A stretch of 64,000 nt of DNA from an uncultured Chloroflexia bacterium (lineage in GTDB: Bacteria; Chloroflexota; Anaerolineae; CG2-30-64-16): positions 32,001-96,000 of the forward strand of contig CAVZDU010000001.1 of assembly GCA_963774265.1 (NCBI GenBank), in the 5' to 3' direction. Below are positions 1-9,339 of this stretch, piece by piece. The position numbers and the translations under genes are program-made. Under the pieces are notes generated by a model. That model was given only the letters and a program-made list of their open reading frames with translations. It had not been told where the DNA came from and did not search any database. How positions within the stretch are numbered: position 1 is the first letter of the stretch; each line of letters opens with the position of its first letter.

Positions 1-486
1 CTCGGGGAGCGTCAGCGGGGGCACCGCCCAGGTCGTCTCGCCGGTCATGTGGAGCGGCTCGCGGCTGGTCGCCAGTACGCGCAGGCCGGGAGCAGCTGTC
101 AAGAGAGCATATGCCAGCTGTGCACAGGCCGCAACCATGTGCTCGCAGTTGTCGAGAAGCAATAGGGTGCGTTTCGCTCTCAAGTGCGCTGCCAGGGTCT
201 GGATGAGCGGCCGGCCCGGCGCCTCACGCAGGTTAAGCGCAGCAGCGACAGCCTGCGGCACCAAATCAGGCTCGGCGAGCGAGGCCAGGTCGACGAACCA
301 GACGCCGTCCTGGTAGCGCCGGACGAGTTTACCGGCCACCGCCAGGGCCAGGCGGGTTTTGCCGGCGCCGCCGGAACCGGTCAGCGTCAACAGGCGCGTG
401 CCGTGCAACAGGCGGGTGGCGGTCGCGATCTCCCGTTCCCGGCCAATAAAGGTGGACAATTGGTCCGGCAGATTGCTGCACGTCAT
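1..486 (-). CDS. Predicted STAND/NB-ARC-like ATPase (COG3903 type, often fused to TPR/LuxR); 3' part runs off the window
   Basis: Manual minus-strand translation from ATG 486: MTCSNLPDQLSTFIGREREI...LTLTGSGGAGKTRLAL (Walker A)...GVWFVDLA...LLLLDNCEH (Walker B)...LATSREPL. Not in the ORF track because there is no stop inside the window. Confidence 0.9.
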   Translation of the reverse strand, partial: MTCSNLPDQLSTFIGREREIATATRLLHGTRLLTLTGSGGAGKTRLALAVAGKLVRRYQDGVWFVDLASLAEPDLVPQAVAAALNLREAPGRPLIQTLAAHLRAKRTLLLLDNCEHMVAACAQLAYALLTAAPGLRVLATSREPLHMTGETTWAVPPLTLPE

Positions 487-645
487 GTCGGGATTATAGC
501 ACACCTGCATCCCTGGATGCAGGGCGACTGTACGATTGCCCTCATGTAGAAGGCGAGATGCTATACTATGCCGCGGCGGGATCTGGTGCGCAACGCCGCG
601 CAACACGCGCAGCAGTCTGCAGACACGGTACACCACGAGGCGCCC

Positions 646-1156
646 ATGATCGATACGACACGCCAAACCGCCATCCGCCCGGCCACCGGGGCCGACTTCG
701 AGCGGGATCTGGGAGATCTTCCACGCCGTGGTGCTGCCCGGCGACAGCTACGTCTTCCCGCCGGACGCCACGCGCGACGATGCACGCGCCTATTTTGTCT
801 CGGCGGATTTCAAGACGTTCGTCGTCACTGTTGACGGGGTTGTGGCGGGCATGTACAAGCTGCGGCCCAACAACGTTGGCCTGGGCAGCCACGTGAGCAA
901 TGCCTCGTTCATGGTCGATCCGGCATATCGCGGCCTGGGGCTGGGAGAACGGATGGGACGGCACTGCCTGGACGAGGCCCGGCGGATGGGCTACGTGGCC
1001 ATGCAATTCAACTTCGTGGTCAGCACGAACACGCCGGCGGTCGCGCTGTGGCGCAAGCTGGGGTTCGAGGTGGTCGGTGTGCTGCCGGTGGCATTCCGCC
1101 ACGCCGAGATGGGGCTGGTCGACGCGCTGGTCATGTATCGGTTCCTGGAGGAGTAG
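646..1156 (+). CDS. GNAT N-acetyltransferase with an apparent +1 frameshift near 703-706
   Basis: MIDTTRQTAIRPATGADFE continues in another frame as IWEIFHAVVLPGDSY...YRGLGLGERMG (acetyl-CoA motif A)...QFNFVVSTN...LWRKLGF. Confidence 0.85.
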
Positions 1157-1168
1157 AGGGTCAGCCCC

Positions 1169-1747
1169 TCAAAACATCCGATCCGCCATCACGACGGCTT
1201 CCGCCACCTCCGAAAGCTTCCGATTGGTGTCCTGGCTTTGCTTCTGCAGCCGCTTGAAGGCCTCGTCCTCGGTCAAGTTCAGCCGCCGCATCAGGATGCC
1301 CTTGGCCTTTTCCACCACCTTGCGGGCTTCCAGTGCATCGCGCAGGTCAGCCACCTCGCGGCGCAACGACTCGAACTCCTTGAACCGGGTCAGAGCAAGA
1401 GTGATCGCAGGCAGCAGATCGTCTTCGGCGACTGGCTTCATCAAGTAGGCTGAGATGTTGGCCCGCGCAGCTCGCTCGACCAGTTGCGCCTCACTATATG
1501 CGGTCACCAGGATAATAGGGATGGGCCGCGCCTGGGTGATGAGCTCTGCCGCCTCGATGCCATCCATGACGGGCATCTTGATGTCGAGGATGGCCAAATC
1601 GGGCCGGTGCTCCGCGGCGAGTCGCACCGCCTCGTCCCCCTGGGCGGCCTCCGCCACGACCCGGTGGCCCAACGCTGTCAGTTGCGCTGCCAGGCTCAAC
1701 AGGCGGATGCTCTCATCGTCGGCGATTAGGACGCGCAAGGATTTCAT
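1169..1747 (-). CDS. Response regulator with REC and ANTAR domains (PdtaR/EutV-like)
   Basis: MKSLRVLIADDE, LDIKMP, YLMKP receiver motifs; C-terminal RKVVEKAKGILM...EDEAFKRLQKQSQ is an ANTAR domain. Start trimmed to ATG 1747. Confidence 0.95.
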   Translation of the reverse strand: MKSLRVLIADDESIRLLSLAAQLTALGHRVVAEAAQGDEAVRLAAEHRPDLAILDIKMPVMDGIEAAELITQARPIPIILVTAYSEAQLVERAARANISAYLMKPVAEDDLLPAITLALTRFKEFESLRREVADLRDALEARKVVEKAKGILMRRLNLTEDEAFKRLQKQSQDTNRKLSEVAEAVVMADRMF

Positions 1748-1758
1748 ATCGTCGCAGC

Positions 1759-2949
1759 CTACTTGTAGAAGGTGACCGTGGCTGTGGTGCCGCCCGCGCC
1801 CCGGCCATCCAAGCGGAGTGAGCCGGCCAGGTCCTTTTCGGCCAGCGTGCGTGCGATGCGCAGCCCCAATCCCCGACCCGTCGAGAGGTCGAAGCCAGAC
1901 GGCAGTCCGCGGCCGCTGTCTCTGATGGTCAGTGTGACCTCCGGCCCTTCCTGCGCCAGCTCGATCTGCAGATGGCATGGATGGTGACCGATGGGGAAGG
2001 CGTGTTCGAGCGCGTTGGAAACGAGCTCGTTAATGATGAGAGCAAGCGCGGTGGCTTGCTTGGAGGGCAAGTAGATCGGCGGACCGGTGATTTCCGCCAC
2101 GATCCGTCGATCGGGCCGCACGAAGTTCTTGAGCGAAATGTCGCACACCTGCCGTGCGAGTGCAGTGATGTCGGTTAGCCGGAGTTGTTCCAGAGACAGC
2201 AGCTCGTGCACTGCGGCGATGCTCTTGATGCGGCCTACGCTGTCGCGCAGGCTCTTGCGCGCCACGGGCGAGGGGCTGGCAGACATCTCCAGACTCAGCA
2301 GGTCGGCCACGGTCTGGAGATTATTCTTGATGCGGTGGTGCATCTCCTGCAGCAGCGCGGCCAACGCATCCGCGCGGCGCGCCTCATCCCGCAGCCTCAG
2401 GTTCTCCAGCGCGAAGCCGATCTGCATCCCCACCGAGCGCAAGAGGGCCATCTCCGGTTCGCCGAGCGCAGCGTGGCCATGACGGCTGCCCACATGGAGC
2501 ACGCCGAGTGTCCTGTCGCGTGCAAGCAGGGGAACCGCCGCGCATGCGCTAAGCTTGGTGCGACCATGACACCCCTCGCGCGTGACGGATGGATCAAGGG
2601 TAATGATCTCCCCACCTGCCGGCGACGGGGTGAAACTGACGAAGCCACACCGGCACTTGCCGGGCTCCATATTACTTTGGACAGGATCGAGGAGGTGGGG
2701 ATCACCCTCGGCCGCGGCAAGACTATACTCGCCGGTCGCCGCATCGAGAAGGTAGATGCGCCCGCTGTCGAGACCGAGCACCTGGAGCATCTGGCGCAGG
2801 GCTGCGTGTAACGCATCGGACTCGGTCAGCTCCTGGTTGATAGCCGCGGACACAGCGAAGAGCGCGGCTAACTCGCGCACGCGTTGCTGTTCCCCGTTAG
2901 TGCCGGCTGCGCTTTGGGGAACGGAAGGAAGAGAGGGGGGCGCAGTCAT
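1759..2949 (-). CDS. Soluble GAF-domain sensor histidine kinase, HisKA_2 family (PdtaS/EutW-like)
   Basis: N-terminal GAF; EMHHRIKNNLQ H-box; INELVSNALEHAF, DSGRG and GLGL boxes; no TM segment. Confidence 0.93.
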   Translation of the reverse strand: MTAPPSLPSVPQSAAGTNGEQQRVRELAALFAVSAAINQELTESDALHAALRQMLQVLGLDSGRIYLLDAATGEYSLAAAEGDPHLLDPVQSNMEPGKCRCGFVSFTPSPAGGEIITLDPSVTREGCHGRTKLSACAAVPLLARDRTLGVLHVGSRHGHAALGEPEMALLRSVGMQIGFALENLRLRDEARRADALAALLQEMHHRIKNNLQTVADLLSLEMSASPSPVARKSLRDSVGRIKSIAAVHELLSLEQLRLTDITALARQVCDISLKNFVRPDRRIVAEITGPPIYLPSKQATALALIINELVSNALEHAFPIGHHPCHLQIELAQEGPEVTLTIRDSGRGLPSGFDLSTGRGLGLRIARTLAEKDLAGSLRLDGRGAGGTTATVTFYK

Positions 2950-2974
2950 GGGTCAGGCGTCCTTGCCTTAAGCG

Positions 2975-3009
2975 ACACTTGCCCTGGCGCCGCCTGCCAG
3001 GGCAAGTGT
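2975..3009. promoter_or_regulatory. Perfect 14-bp hairpin between tatA and the kinase (terminator- or attenuator-like, no U tract)
   Basis: ACACTTGCCCTGGC-gccgcct-GCCAGGGCAAGTGT. Confidence 0.6.
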
Positions 3010-3064
3010 GCGCAGTACGGCGAGCAGTTCGGTAGACAGCGGAAGGGATAAGGCTGCCGCTGGC

Positions 3065-3253
3065 TTAGGAGACCTGCTCATCCTTCGGCTGATCCGCCGG
3101 TTTCTCCACCTTGTTGTCATCCTTCGAGGCTTCGCGGAACTCGCGGATGCTCTTGCCGATCGCGCCGCCGATCTCCGGCAACCGGCCGACACCAAACACG
3201 ATAAGAACGATCACCAGTAGGATGACCCATTCCCAGCCACCGAGGTTAAACAT
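3065..3253 (-). CDS. tatA: Twin-arginine translocase subunit TatA/TatE
   Basis: MFNLGGWEWVILLVIVLIVFGVGRLPEIGGAIGKSIREFR: TM helix, FG hinge, amphipathic helix. Confidence 0.96.
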   Translation of the reverse strand: MFNLGGWEWVILLVIVLIVFGVGRLPEIGGAIGKSIREFREASKDDNKVEKPADQPKDEQVS

Positions 3254-4720
3254 TGTCTTTCTCCTTGGATTGTTCTATCAGATCCTGGCGTCTCCGCCAT
3301 GCAGTCGTCAGGAAGGATCTTGCTTCAGATGACATCTCATCCAGATGATAAGCCACTGTAGCCGCTGTACGCGCGCTTTTGCCGTCACCCGCGGCCGCCA
3401 GCCAGCGGCTCATCGCGACAAATCGGCGACTGTATGTTGCCGCTGTTTCAGGGTCCAACTCTTCACCATCCAGCTCCCAGAACCATCCATAGAAAGCGGG
3501 ATGATCCAGGATCGAGTCAAGGTCGGCCTGCGCCAGGTCGGGATCCACCGGAGGCGTCAGGCTGCCTTCCTCCTCCGCCTCAGGGGTCAGCCAGATGAGC
3601 GGCGAGAACAGGCGGTAGCCTACCGGCGTCGCCATGCCGCTCGCCCAATTCAACGCCAGCGCCTCGCGCAAGGCCGTGAAACCAAGCTCGAGGGGCGCTT
3701 CCAGCAAGGTGATGGCGGGTGCAGCTCCGTCGCCATCGCCAACCACCAGGTGCAGCGCGCCGGTCCGCCGGCGCGGGAGTACGTGGTCGGCGCTGACCTC
3801 CAATGAGCCGGAAGCGTCGCGTAAGCCACCCGGATCCTGCACCAGGACAGTGAAGAACACGGCGTTCGATCCCGTATCCTCCTGCCCGATAAACAACAAG
3901 AACTGTCCGGCTGAGACGTCGACCGGCGACATGAGCAGTCGCCAATGCAGCGAAGGTGCATACCACGGCTCACGTTGCGGGTCATGGTCGGCCGAATCGG
4001 ATACGCCGCTGAAGCGCAACTTGCGCAGGCCGCGCTCGGCCAAAGACGCCAACTCCGGCGGCAGGTTGGGCGTGAGGCCTGCCAGTGCCCGCAGTGCGGC
4101 CGGGGTGCGCAACTTCACCAATTCCTCGATCGCGCGGCCCGCAAACCCACGCACACCGGCGTCTTCCTGGGCCAGCATCCGCAGCAGTGTTGCCAGGTGT
4201 GGGCTGGGCTCGACTGCGGGAAGTGCATCGAGGACCATGCCAATAACCTCAGGCGGCTGCGCCGCGAGCTGCTCCAGGTACTCGATGACGCTCAGCGGCT
4301 CCTCGTCCATCGCGACGATCAACTCATGGAGCGACTGTTGCGAGGCCGCTTCGGGATTCCGCAAGCTGGCGATGAGCGCATCGTCGATCGGCTCGCCCAG
4401 GAAGCGTTCGAGCACCGTGAGTGCAGCCAATCGGGCGTGATCGCTGCGATCGTGGCCACGCGCGAACTGCCGCGTAATGCAGGCACAACCTGTTCGCGCG
4501 GCAGATAACGCGCGACCTGGCCGAGGCCGCCGCGAAGTTGTGGATCGGGCGTGTCCAACAATGTCACGAGCTGCTGCAGCGCGGCCGCACCGTGTGTGGC
4601 AATGACCTGGGCCTGCTGTTGGACTACGGCAGGGTCGGTGATTTGGCCAAGCTCAGCGAATGCCTCTTCCAGTGCCCGGCGTTCGAGCAGGCCGGTCAGC
4701 ACCTTAGCTTCTCCGCTCAT
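3246..4720 (-). CDS. Hypothetical helical (HEAT-repeat-like) protein with an apparent frameshift near 4460-4475
   Basis: ATG 4720 (MSGEAKVLTG...LVTLLDTPDPQLRGGLGQV...VVPALR) joins the 3246-4430 frame (RGHDRSDHARLAALTVLERFLG...). The stop overlaps the tatA start. Confidence 0.7.
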
Positions 4721-4773
4721 GAGGCGATTATAACATAAGCCAACACTGCCAAGGCAAACATGGATGTCGGCGC

Positions 4774-5211
4774 TTACTTGCGCCGCCGCACGTACAGCAC
4801 CTTCTGCACGTGCGCCACCACCTGCCCGGCCTCGTCCAACACATCCACCTCGTACGCCGGCTCCACGATCTCCCCAGCATCTGCGCGCGCCCGAATCGCG
4901 TCCACTTCTTGGTGCGGGATGTGAAACGCGGCCTGCACGGTGCCCCGCCCAGGCCGGACAAACGTGATGCACGCGGATTTGTCCCACACGGTATAGCCCT
5001 TACCCAACGTTTTCAGCAGGATGAGCGCAAAAAACGCGTCGGCCATCGCATACAGTGACCCCCCGAAGTGCGTGCCGAACACATTGCGGTTGAACCAGCG
5101 CAGCGGCATGCGCACGCGGATCGTGTACGGGTCGGCTTCGGTGGTTCGAACGCGGATGCCCGCGCCGATGAAGGGGGGGTAGAAGCTCAGCAGGCAGTAT
5201 GGAAAAACCAC
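4774..5211 (-). CDS. Hotdog-fold thioesterase-like protein (DUF4442/YiiD C-terminal type)
   Basis: YPPFIGAGIRV...NRNVFGTHFGGSLYAMAD...VWDKSACITFVRPGRG; start uncertain. Confidence 0.85.
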   Translation of the reverse strand: MVFPYCLLSFYPPFIGAGIRVRTTEADPYTIRVRMPLRWFNRNVFGTHFGGSLYAMADAFFALILLKTLGKGYTVWDKSACITFVRPGRGTVQAAFHIPHQEVDAIRARADAGEIVEPAYEVDVLDEAGQVVAHVQKVLYVRRRK

Positions 5212-5267
5212 AGGTCAATTCCAGTCCTCAAGATTTGCCAATCATGGCTCATATTGCTCGCTTCTCC

Positions 5268-6086
5268 TTATGATTCGGCCGTAGATTCTGTAAGATCACG
5301 ATGGGAGGTCTCAGCAATTGCGCGTGCTTGGGGATCCTCATGAACGATGCGGCGTCGCATGTGAAACCGAAAATACTCGGGGACAATGTAATTGCGTGAC
5401 CAGCTTAGGAGCGTTGCATCGGCGCCGTGAAAACCTTCATCGAGACGGAACAGCGCGGCGCCCTTGTTGACTCTGAGCAGCGCGGCGAGCGTCTCATCGG
5501 CGTGCGCTGCCCCGAGGACACTATCGCTCCAGGCGGCCACCGGCCGGCCATCACAGCCATCGAAATAATCCACCACTGAATCCTGGAACCCGGTCCGAAG
5601 CTCGTCCACGCTAAACATGGCCGGAAGCAGAAAATCCTCAAGCCTGGCAACGGGGGTGCCATCAAACTCCACGGCACGCGCGATGCGGATCACCGGACTG
5701 CCCAACGCGATCTGCATCGCCTCGGCAGTCTCCGTATCAGCCGGTGTCTCTTCGATCGACAGGTGCGAGATGCGCGAGGAAAGCCCGGCTCGAGCGGCCA
5801 GCCGAGGATGAAAGCTTTCGAGCGTATCGAGTTGCGCTTCCACCCTGAACCGTTGCTGTGCGACAAACGTCCCCGCACCATGAATGCGGCGGATGTAACC
5901 CAGTGTCTCCAGGCTGCCCAACGCACTCCGGATGGTGGTGCGGCTGACGCCCAGGCTGACCGCCAATTCATCCTCCGGGGGCAACTGCGCGCCAGAGGGA
6001 TAAGTTCCATCGGAAATGGACCTGATGATGGCAGTTTGTACCTGCTCGTAAAGTGGCCGCCGGTCCCCCCGAACTAAACCATCCAC
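5268..6086 (-). CDS. GntR/HutC-family transcriptional regulator (wHTH + UTRA)
   Basis: PLYEQV...QLPPEDELAVSLGVSRTTIRSAL...GAGTFV, followed by a UTRA-like domain. Confidence 0.93.
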   Translation of the reverse strand: MDGLVRGDRRPLYEQVQTAIIRSISDGTYPSGAQLPPEDELAVSLGVSRTTIRSALGSLETLGYIRRIHGAGTFVAQQRFRVEAQLDTLESFHPRLAARAGLSSRISHLSIEETPADTETAEAMQIALGSPVIRIARAVEFDGTPVARLEDFLLPAMFSVDELRTGFQDSVVDYFDGCDGRPVAAWSDSVLGAAHADETLAALLRVNKGAALFRLDEGFHGADATLLSWSRNYIVPEYFRFHMRRRIVHEDPQARAIAETSHRDLTESTAES

Positions 6087-6126
6087 CTTACCGGACCCTC
6101 CCCACGTGGCCCATCCAGCATCGCAA

Positions 6127-7368
6127 CTAGTTCAACGCGGCTTTTCCGTAAGTAGTCTCGATCCGATTCTGCACCAGTATCTCCCCCCGCCGGATCACGT
6201 ATGGCCGCGCCGGATGGCGGGCGAGTGCGTCGGCCGCAGATTCGGCCGGAATCAACACCAGATTGGCTTCTGCACCCACCTGCACTCCATAATCGGGCAG
6301 ACGCAGCGTAAGCGCGGCGCGGCTGCGGGGCATATCGAAAGCTGCCTGCATGTGCGCAGAGGAGCTCAGGTGTGCAGCGTGCGCGACGAAGTTGGCTACC
6401 TCCAACATGTCCATCTTGCCGAAGGGGTAAAACATGTTCATCATGTCGTCTTGGCCGCAGGTGACATTCACGCCGGCATCTAGCAGCTCACGCACGCGGG
6501 GGATGCCGCGGCGCACGGGTTGGCGGTCACCGCGACCCTGCAACAACAGGTTGACCGGCGAGTTGGTGCACACGTTGATCCGAGCGTCGCGGACTTTCTC
6601 GATCACACGCGCGGCTAGAGCATCATCCCATCCCGCCATAGCACAGCAGTGGCCGGCGCTTACCCTGCCCTGATAACCGGTTTCGATCGTCTTGTCGGCC
6701 AGCAACTCAAGGGTGTGCCAATACGGATCGTCTGTCTCGTCGATGTGCATGTCGATATCAGCGTCGTGGGCACGCGCGATCTCGAAGGCGGTTTCGATGT
6801 GCCGCGCCGCGTCATCCATATCGCGCTCGCCGTGCGGCATGCCGCCAACAACCGTCGCCCCGCGATCCATCGCCTGCCACATCAGGTCGACGGCCTCAGG
6901 GTTACGGGCCAGACCAAGCTGTGGAAACGCGACGATCTGAATATCGATCACTCCTGTGAACTTCTCACGGACAGCGCAAATCGCGTCCAGCAATCTCAAC
7001 TGTGCAACCTGGTCGATGTCTACGTTATTCCGCATCCAGAGCGTGCCATGCGCAGCAGCCATGCGCAGCACTTGCATGGCACGGTCCACGATGTTCTCGC
7101 GGCTCATGTTGCGTTTGATATCAGCGTAGAGATTGATGGCCTCGCGCAGGGTGCCGGTTTGATTGGGGACCTGATGCAACAAAGCGTTTTCGAGGTGAAA
7201 GTGGGGGTCTACAAAGGCGGGAGAGAGCAAGGCGTGGTGGCCTTGAATAGCGAGCCTGCCAGGCGCCAGCTCATCCTCCTGAATAACGGCGATTCTGCCG
7301 TCATTGATCCCGACATCCACCAGTCGTTGCGCGTTCTCGAGGTGCACACGATGTATGGTCAAGTCCAT
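6127..7368 (-). CDS. Cytosine/creatinine deaminase-family amidohydrolase (CodA-like)
   Basis: FVDPHFHL metal motif, QIVAFPQ, VGGMPH, DMHIDETDD, SAGHCC, GQDD, FYPFG. Confidence 0.9.
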   Translation of the reverse strand: MDLTIHRVHLENAQRLVDVGINDGRIAVIQEDELAPGRLAIQGHHALLSPAFVDPHFHLENALLHQVPNQTGTLREAINLYADIKRNMSRENIVDRAMQVLRMAAAHGTLWMRNNVDIDQVAQLRLLDAICAVREKFTGVIDIQIVAFPQLGLARNPEAVDLMWQAMDRGATVVGGMPHGERDMDDAARHIETAFEIARAHDADIDMHIDETDDPYWHTLELLADKTIETGYQGRVSAGHCCAMAGWDDALAARVIEKVRDARINVCTNSPVNLLLQGRGDRQPVRRGIPRVRELLDAGVNVTCGQDDMMNMFYPFGKMDMLEVANFVAHAAHLSSSAHMQAAFDMPRSRAALTLRLPDYGVQVGAEANLVLIPAESAADALARHPARPYVIRRGEILVQNRIETTYGKAALN

Positions 7369-7421
7369 GAGATCTATTCCTAACAGTCGTATGTGATACG
7401 TATGAGGTATTACCTTTGCTC

Positions 7422-7450
7422 AGGGTAACAGAAACGCTATTCGCTGTCAA
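7422..7450 (-). promoter_or_regulatory. Sigma70-type promoter for the deaminase-gntR unit
   Basis: Minus strand TTGACA (7450-7445), 17-bp spacer, TG-extended TACCCT (7427-7422). Confidence 0.7.
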
Positions 7451-7512
7451 TGATGAGGAGTGGCGAGAGAACGCAGGGCACTCCGGCACAGTGGGGCGTA
7501 TGAAGATACCAG

Positions 7513-8562
7513 CTAGCACGAGATCGCCCGTTCCTCCACCGCATCCGCAAAAGCAAAGAGGCTCTCGCAGGATGCAAAGTCAATGTCGTACGCCGGACAG
7601 AGCAGTAGCCCAGCAGGCCCCAGGGCGCCGGCCCGTAGGCGCACCTCAGCCCGCACCTCCTCCGGCGTCGCCCACGTCCACAACGCGGCGGTCCCAACCG
7701 CGCCCCATATCGACAGTTTGTCGCCGAAAGCGCGCTTGATCGCGAGCGCATCCATGCAGTCCGGCTGCACCGGGTTGATCGTGTTGACGCCGATCTCCAC
7801 CAGGTCGGGGAGAATGGAGGAGAAGTCACCGTCGCTGTGATAAAAGACGATGAGCTCCGGCGCGACAGACCGGGCGGCGCGAATGATCTCCGCAAGGCGA
7901 GGCTTGAAGAATTCGCGCCAGGTCGCGGGACCGAGGATCATGCCGCTGGCCATGGCCACATCGTCGTCCAAAAGGAGGGCATCGACGCCGGCTCGCGCCA
8001 GGATGAGCGAGCTGTGCAGGACCAACGCGGCGAGTTGATCGAGCAAGTAGTGCGCCAGGTGGGGACGGAGGCGCAAATCCTCCAGGAACGTCTCGAATCC
8101 TCGCAGCCGATAGGCCGTCTCGAAAAGCTCGCCGCCGAGGTGTGGTGGCCCACCTGCGACTGCCAGGCCTCGGGCGTGAAAAGCCGCGACTCTCTGCGCC
8201 AGGCCGGCATGCCGCTCCGGCGCAATCAGGTTTGGCAGGATGAAGTCAGAAAAATCGCCAAGGGCTGTAGCGGTGGAAAGGGGGCCGCGGGATCCACGCT
8301 CCGGGTGATAGTCCCACTCGTGATAGGTGCGCAACTGATGCAGGTTGCCAACGTGCACGTCGGGGGGCAGCCGCCGCACGTAGGCCAGGAAATCATCCTG
8401 GGCCGTAAGTGGCTCGAAGTTGACGAAACGCACATCCAGCCGCAGCGTCTCTGATGTGTTCGGGATGCCGCTGACTTCCTCATCCCAGAATGCCAACGCC
8501 TTAGGCGGGCGATCAGGGCGCCGGCATGTCAACGCAGCGCGTACACGTTCGCGCGAGTTCAT
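7513..8562 (-). CDS. Uroporphyrinogen decarboxylase-superfamily (MtaA/CmuA-like) protein
   Basis: MNSRERVRAAL...PDRPP; LRGFETFLEDL; FYHSDG; INPVQPDCMD; WGAVGT; TPEEVRAEV. Start trimmed to ATG 8562. Confidence 0.88.
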   Translation of the reverse strand: MNSRERVRAALTCRRPDRPPKALAFWDEEVSGIPNTSETLRLDVRFVNFEPLTAQDDFLAYVRRLPPDVHVGNLHQLRTYHEWDYHPERGSRGPLSTATALGDFSDFILPNLIAPERHAGLAQRVAAFHARGLAVAGGPPHLGGELFETAYRLRGFETFLEDLRLRPHLAHYLLDQLAALVLHSSLILARAGVDALLLDDDVAMASGMILGPATWREFFKPRLAEIIRAARSVAPELIVFYHSDGDFSSILPDLVEIGVNTINPVQPDCMDALAIKRAFGDKLSIWGAVGTAALWTWATPEEVRAEVRLRAGALGPAGLLLCPAYDIDFASCESLFAFADAVEERAISC

Positions 8563-8591
8563 GCAGTTCTCCTTCCGCGAGAAGGTAGCAA

Positions 8592-9308
8592 TCAACCGTA
8601 ACTGCCGAACATCGGCAACTTCGCCCCGTTCACCGCCCCCGCTGCGTCCGAAAGCAAGTACTGCACCGCGGCCGACAGTTCCTCGGGCGTGCTCCACGAC
8701 GAATTCGCCGGCGTGGGCGCGGTCACCTTCTCGCGCGCCGCGTCGATCTGGCGCACCTGCAGCAGGTTTGCGGTGACACCGGTGCCTTTCAGCTCCTGGG
8801 AGAGAGCCAGCATCAGCGCCTCCTGTCCGGCCTTGCCGGCCGCGTACGCGCTGCCCTTGGCGCTGGGTCGGCTGGCCGCGGGCGTTGCGATCATCACGAT
8901 CCGCCCCCAGCCGTTCTTGATGAGGTACGGGACAAATGCCTGGAGGACGTTGAACGAGGTCCACACGTGCTGGTTGAGCATTGATTCGAGATCGGCGGCC
9001 GTTGTATCAACCAATGTTTTCCCGCCCGTCCACCCGCCCACGACGTGCAGCAGGATGTCAACCCGGCCAAATCGCTCGAGGACCGCATCTGCGGCGGTGC
9101 GCGCCGTGCCGGCGTCGAGGAGGTCGACCGCGTGCGTCAGGACACGCTCCGGGGATGTATCCAGATCCTCGACCAGGGAAGCCAACTTCGCAGGATTTCG
9201 CTCGAGCAGCGCCAGGTGCGCGCCCGCCGCGGCCAGGTCACGCGCCAGGGTCGAACCGAGCCCGCCCGATGCTCCGGTGATTACCGCGGTGCGGTTTGTC
9301 AGGGTCAT
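8592..9308 (-). CDS. Short-chain dehydrogenase/reductase
   Basis: ITGASGGLG Rossmann motif; YAAGK catalytic YxxxK. Confidence 0.92.
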   Translation of the reverse strand: MTLTNRTAVITGASGGLGSTLARDLAAAGAHLALLERNPAKLASLVEDLDTSPERVLTHAVDLLDAGTARTAADAVLERFGRVDILLHVVGGWTGGKTLVDTTAADLESMLNQHVWTSFNVLQAFVPYLIKNGWGRIVMIATPAASRPSAKGSAYAAGKAGQEALMLALSQELKGTGVTANLLQVRQIDAAREKVTAPTPANSSWSTPEELSAAVQYLLSDAAGAVNGAKLPMFGSYG

Positions 9309-9339
9309 AGTCACCTCCATCCCTTGGTCTGCAACCCTA

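Noticed and set aside
1-486. Avs-type antiphage STAND system
   Set aside because: Only the N-terminal NTPase is visible and it resembles common regulatory COG3903 ATPases; no effector domain or defence neighbours in view.
7513-8964. N-terminal extensions in the ORF track (here, and 1169-1978, 10215, 48563-50044, 56688-58247)
   Set aside because: They overlap neighbouring genes or promoters; family motifs and SD sites support the shorter starts.
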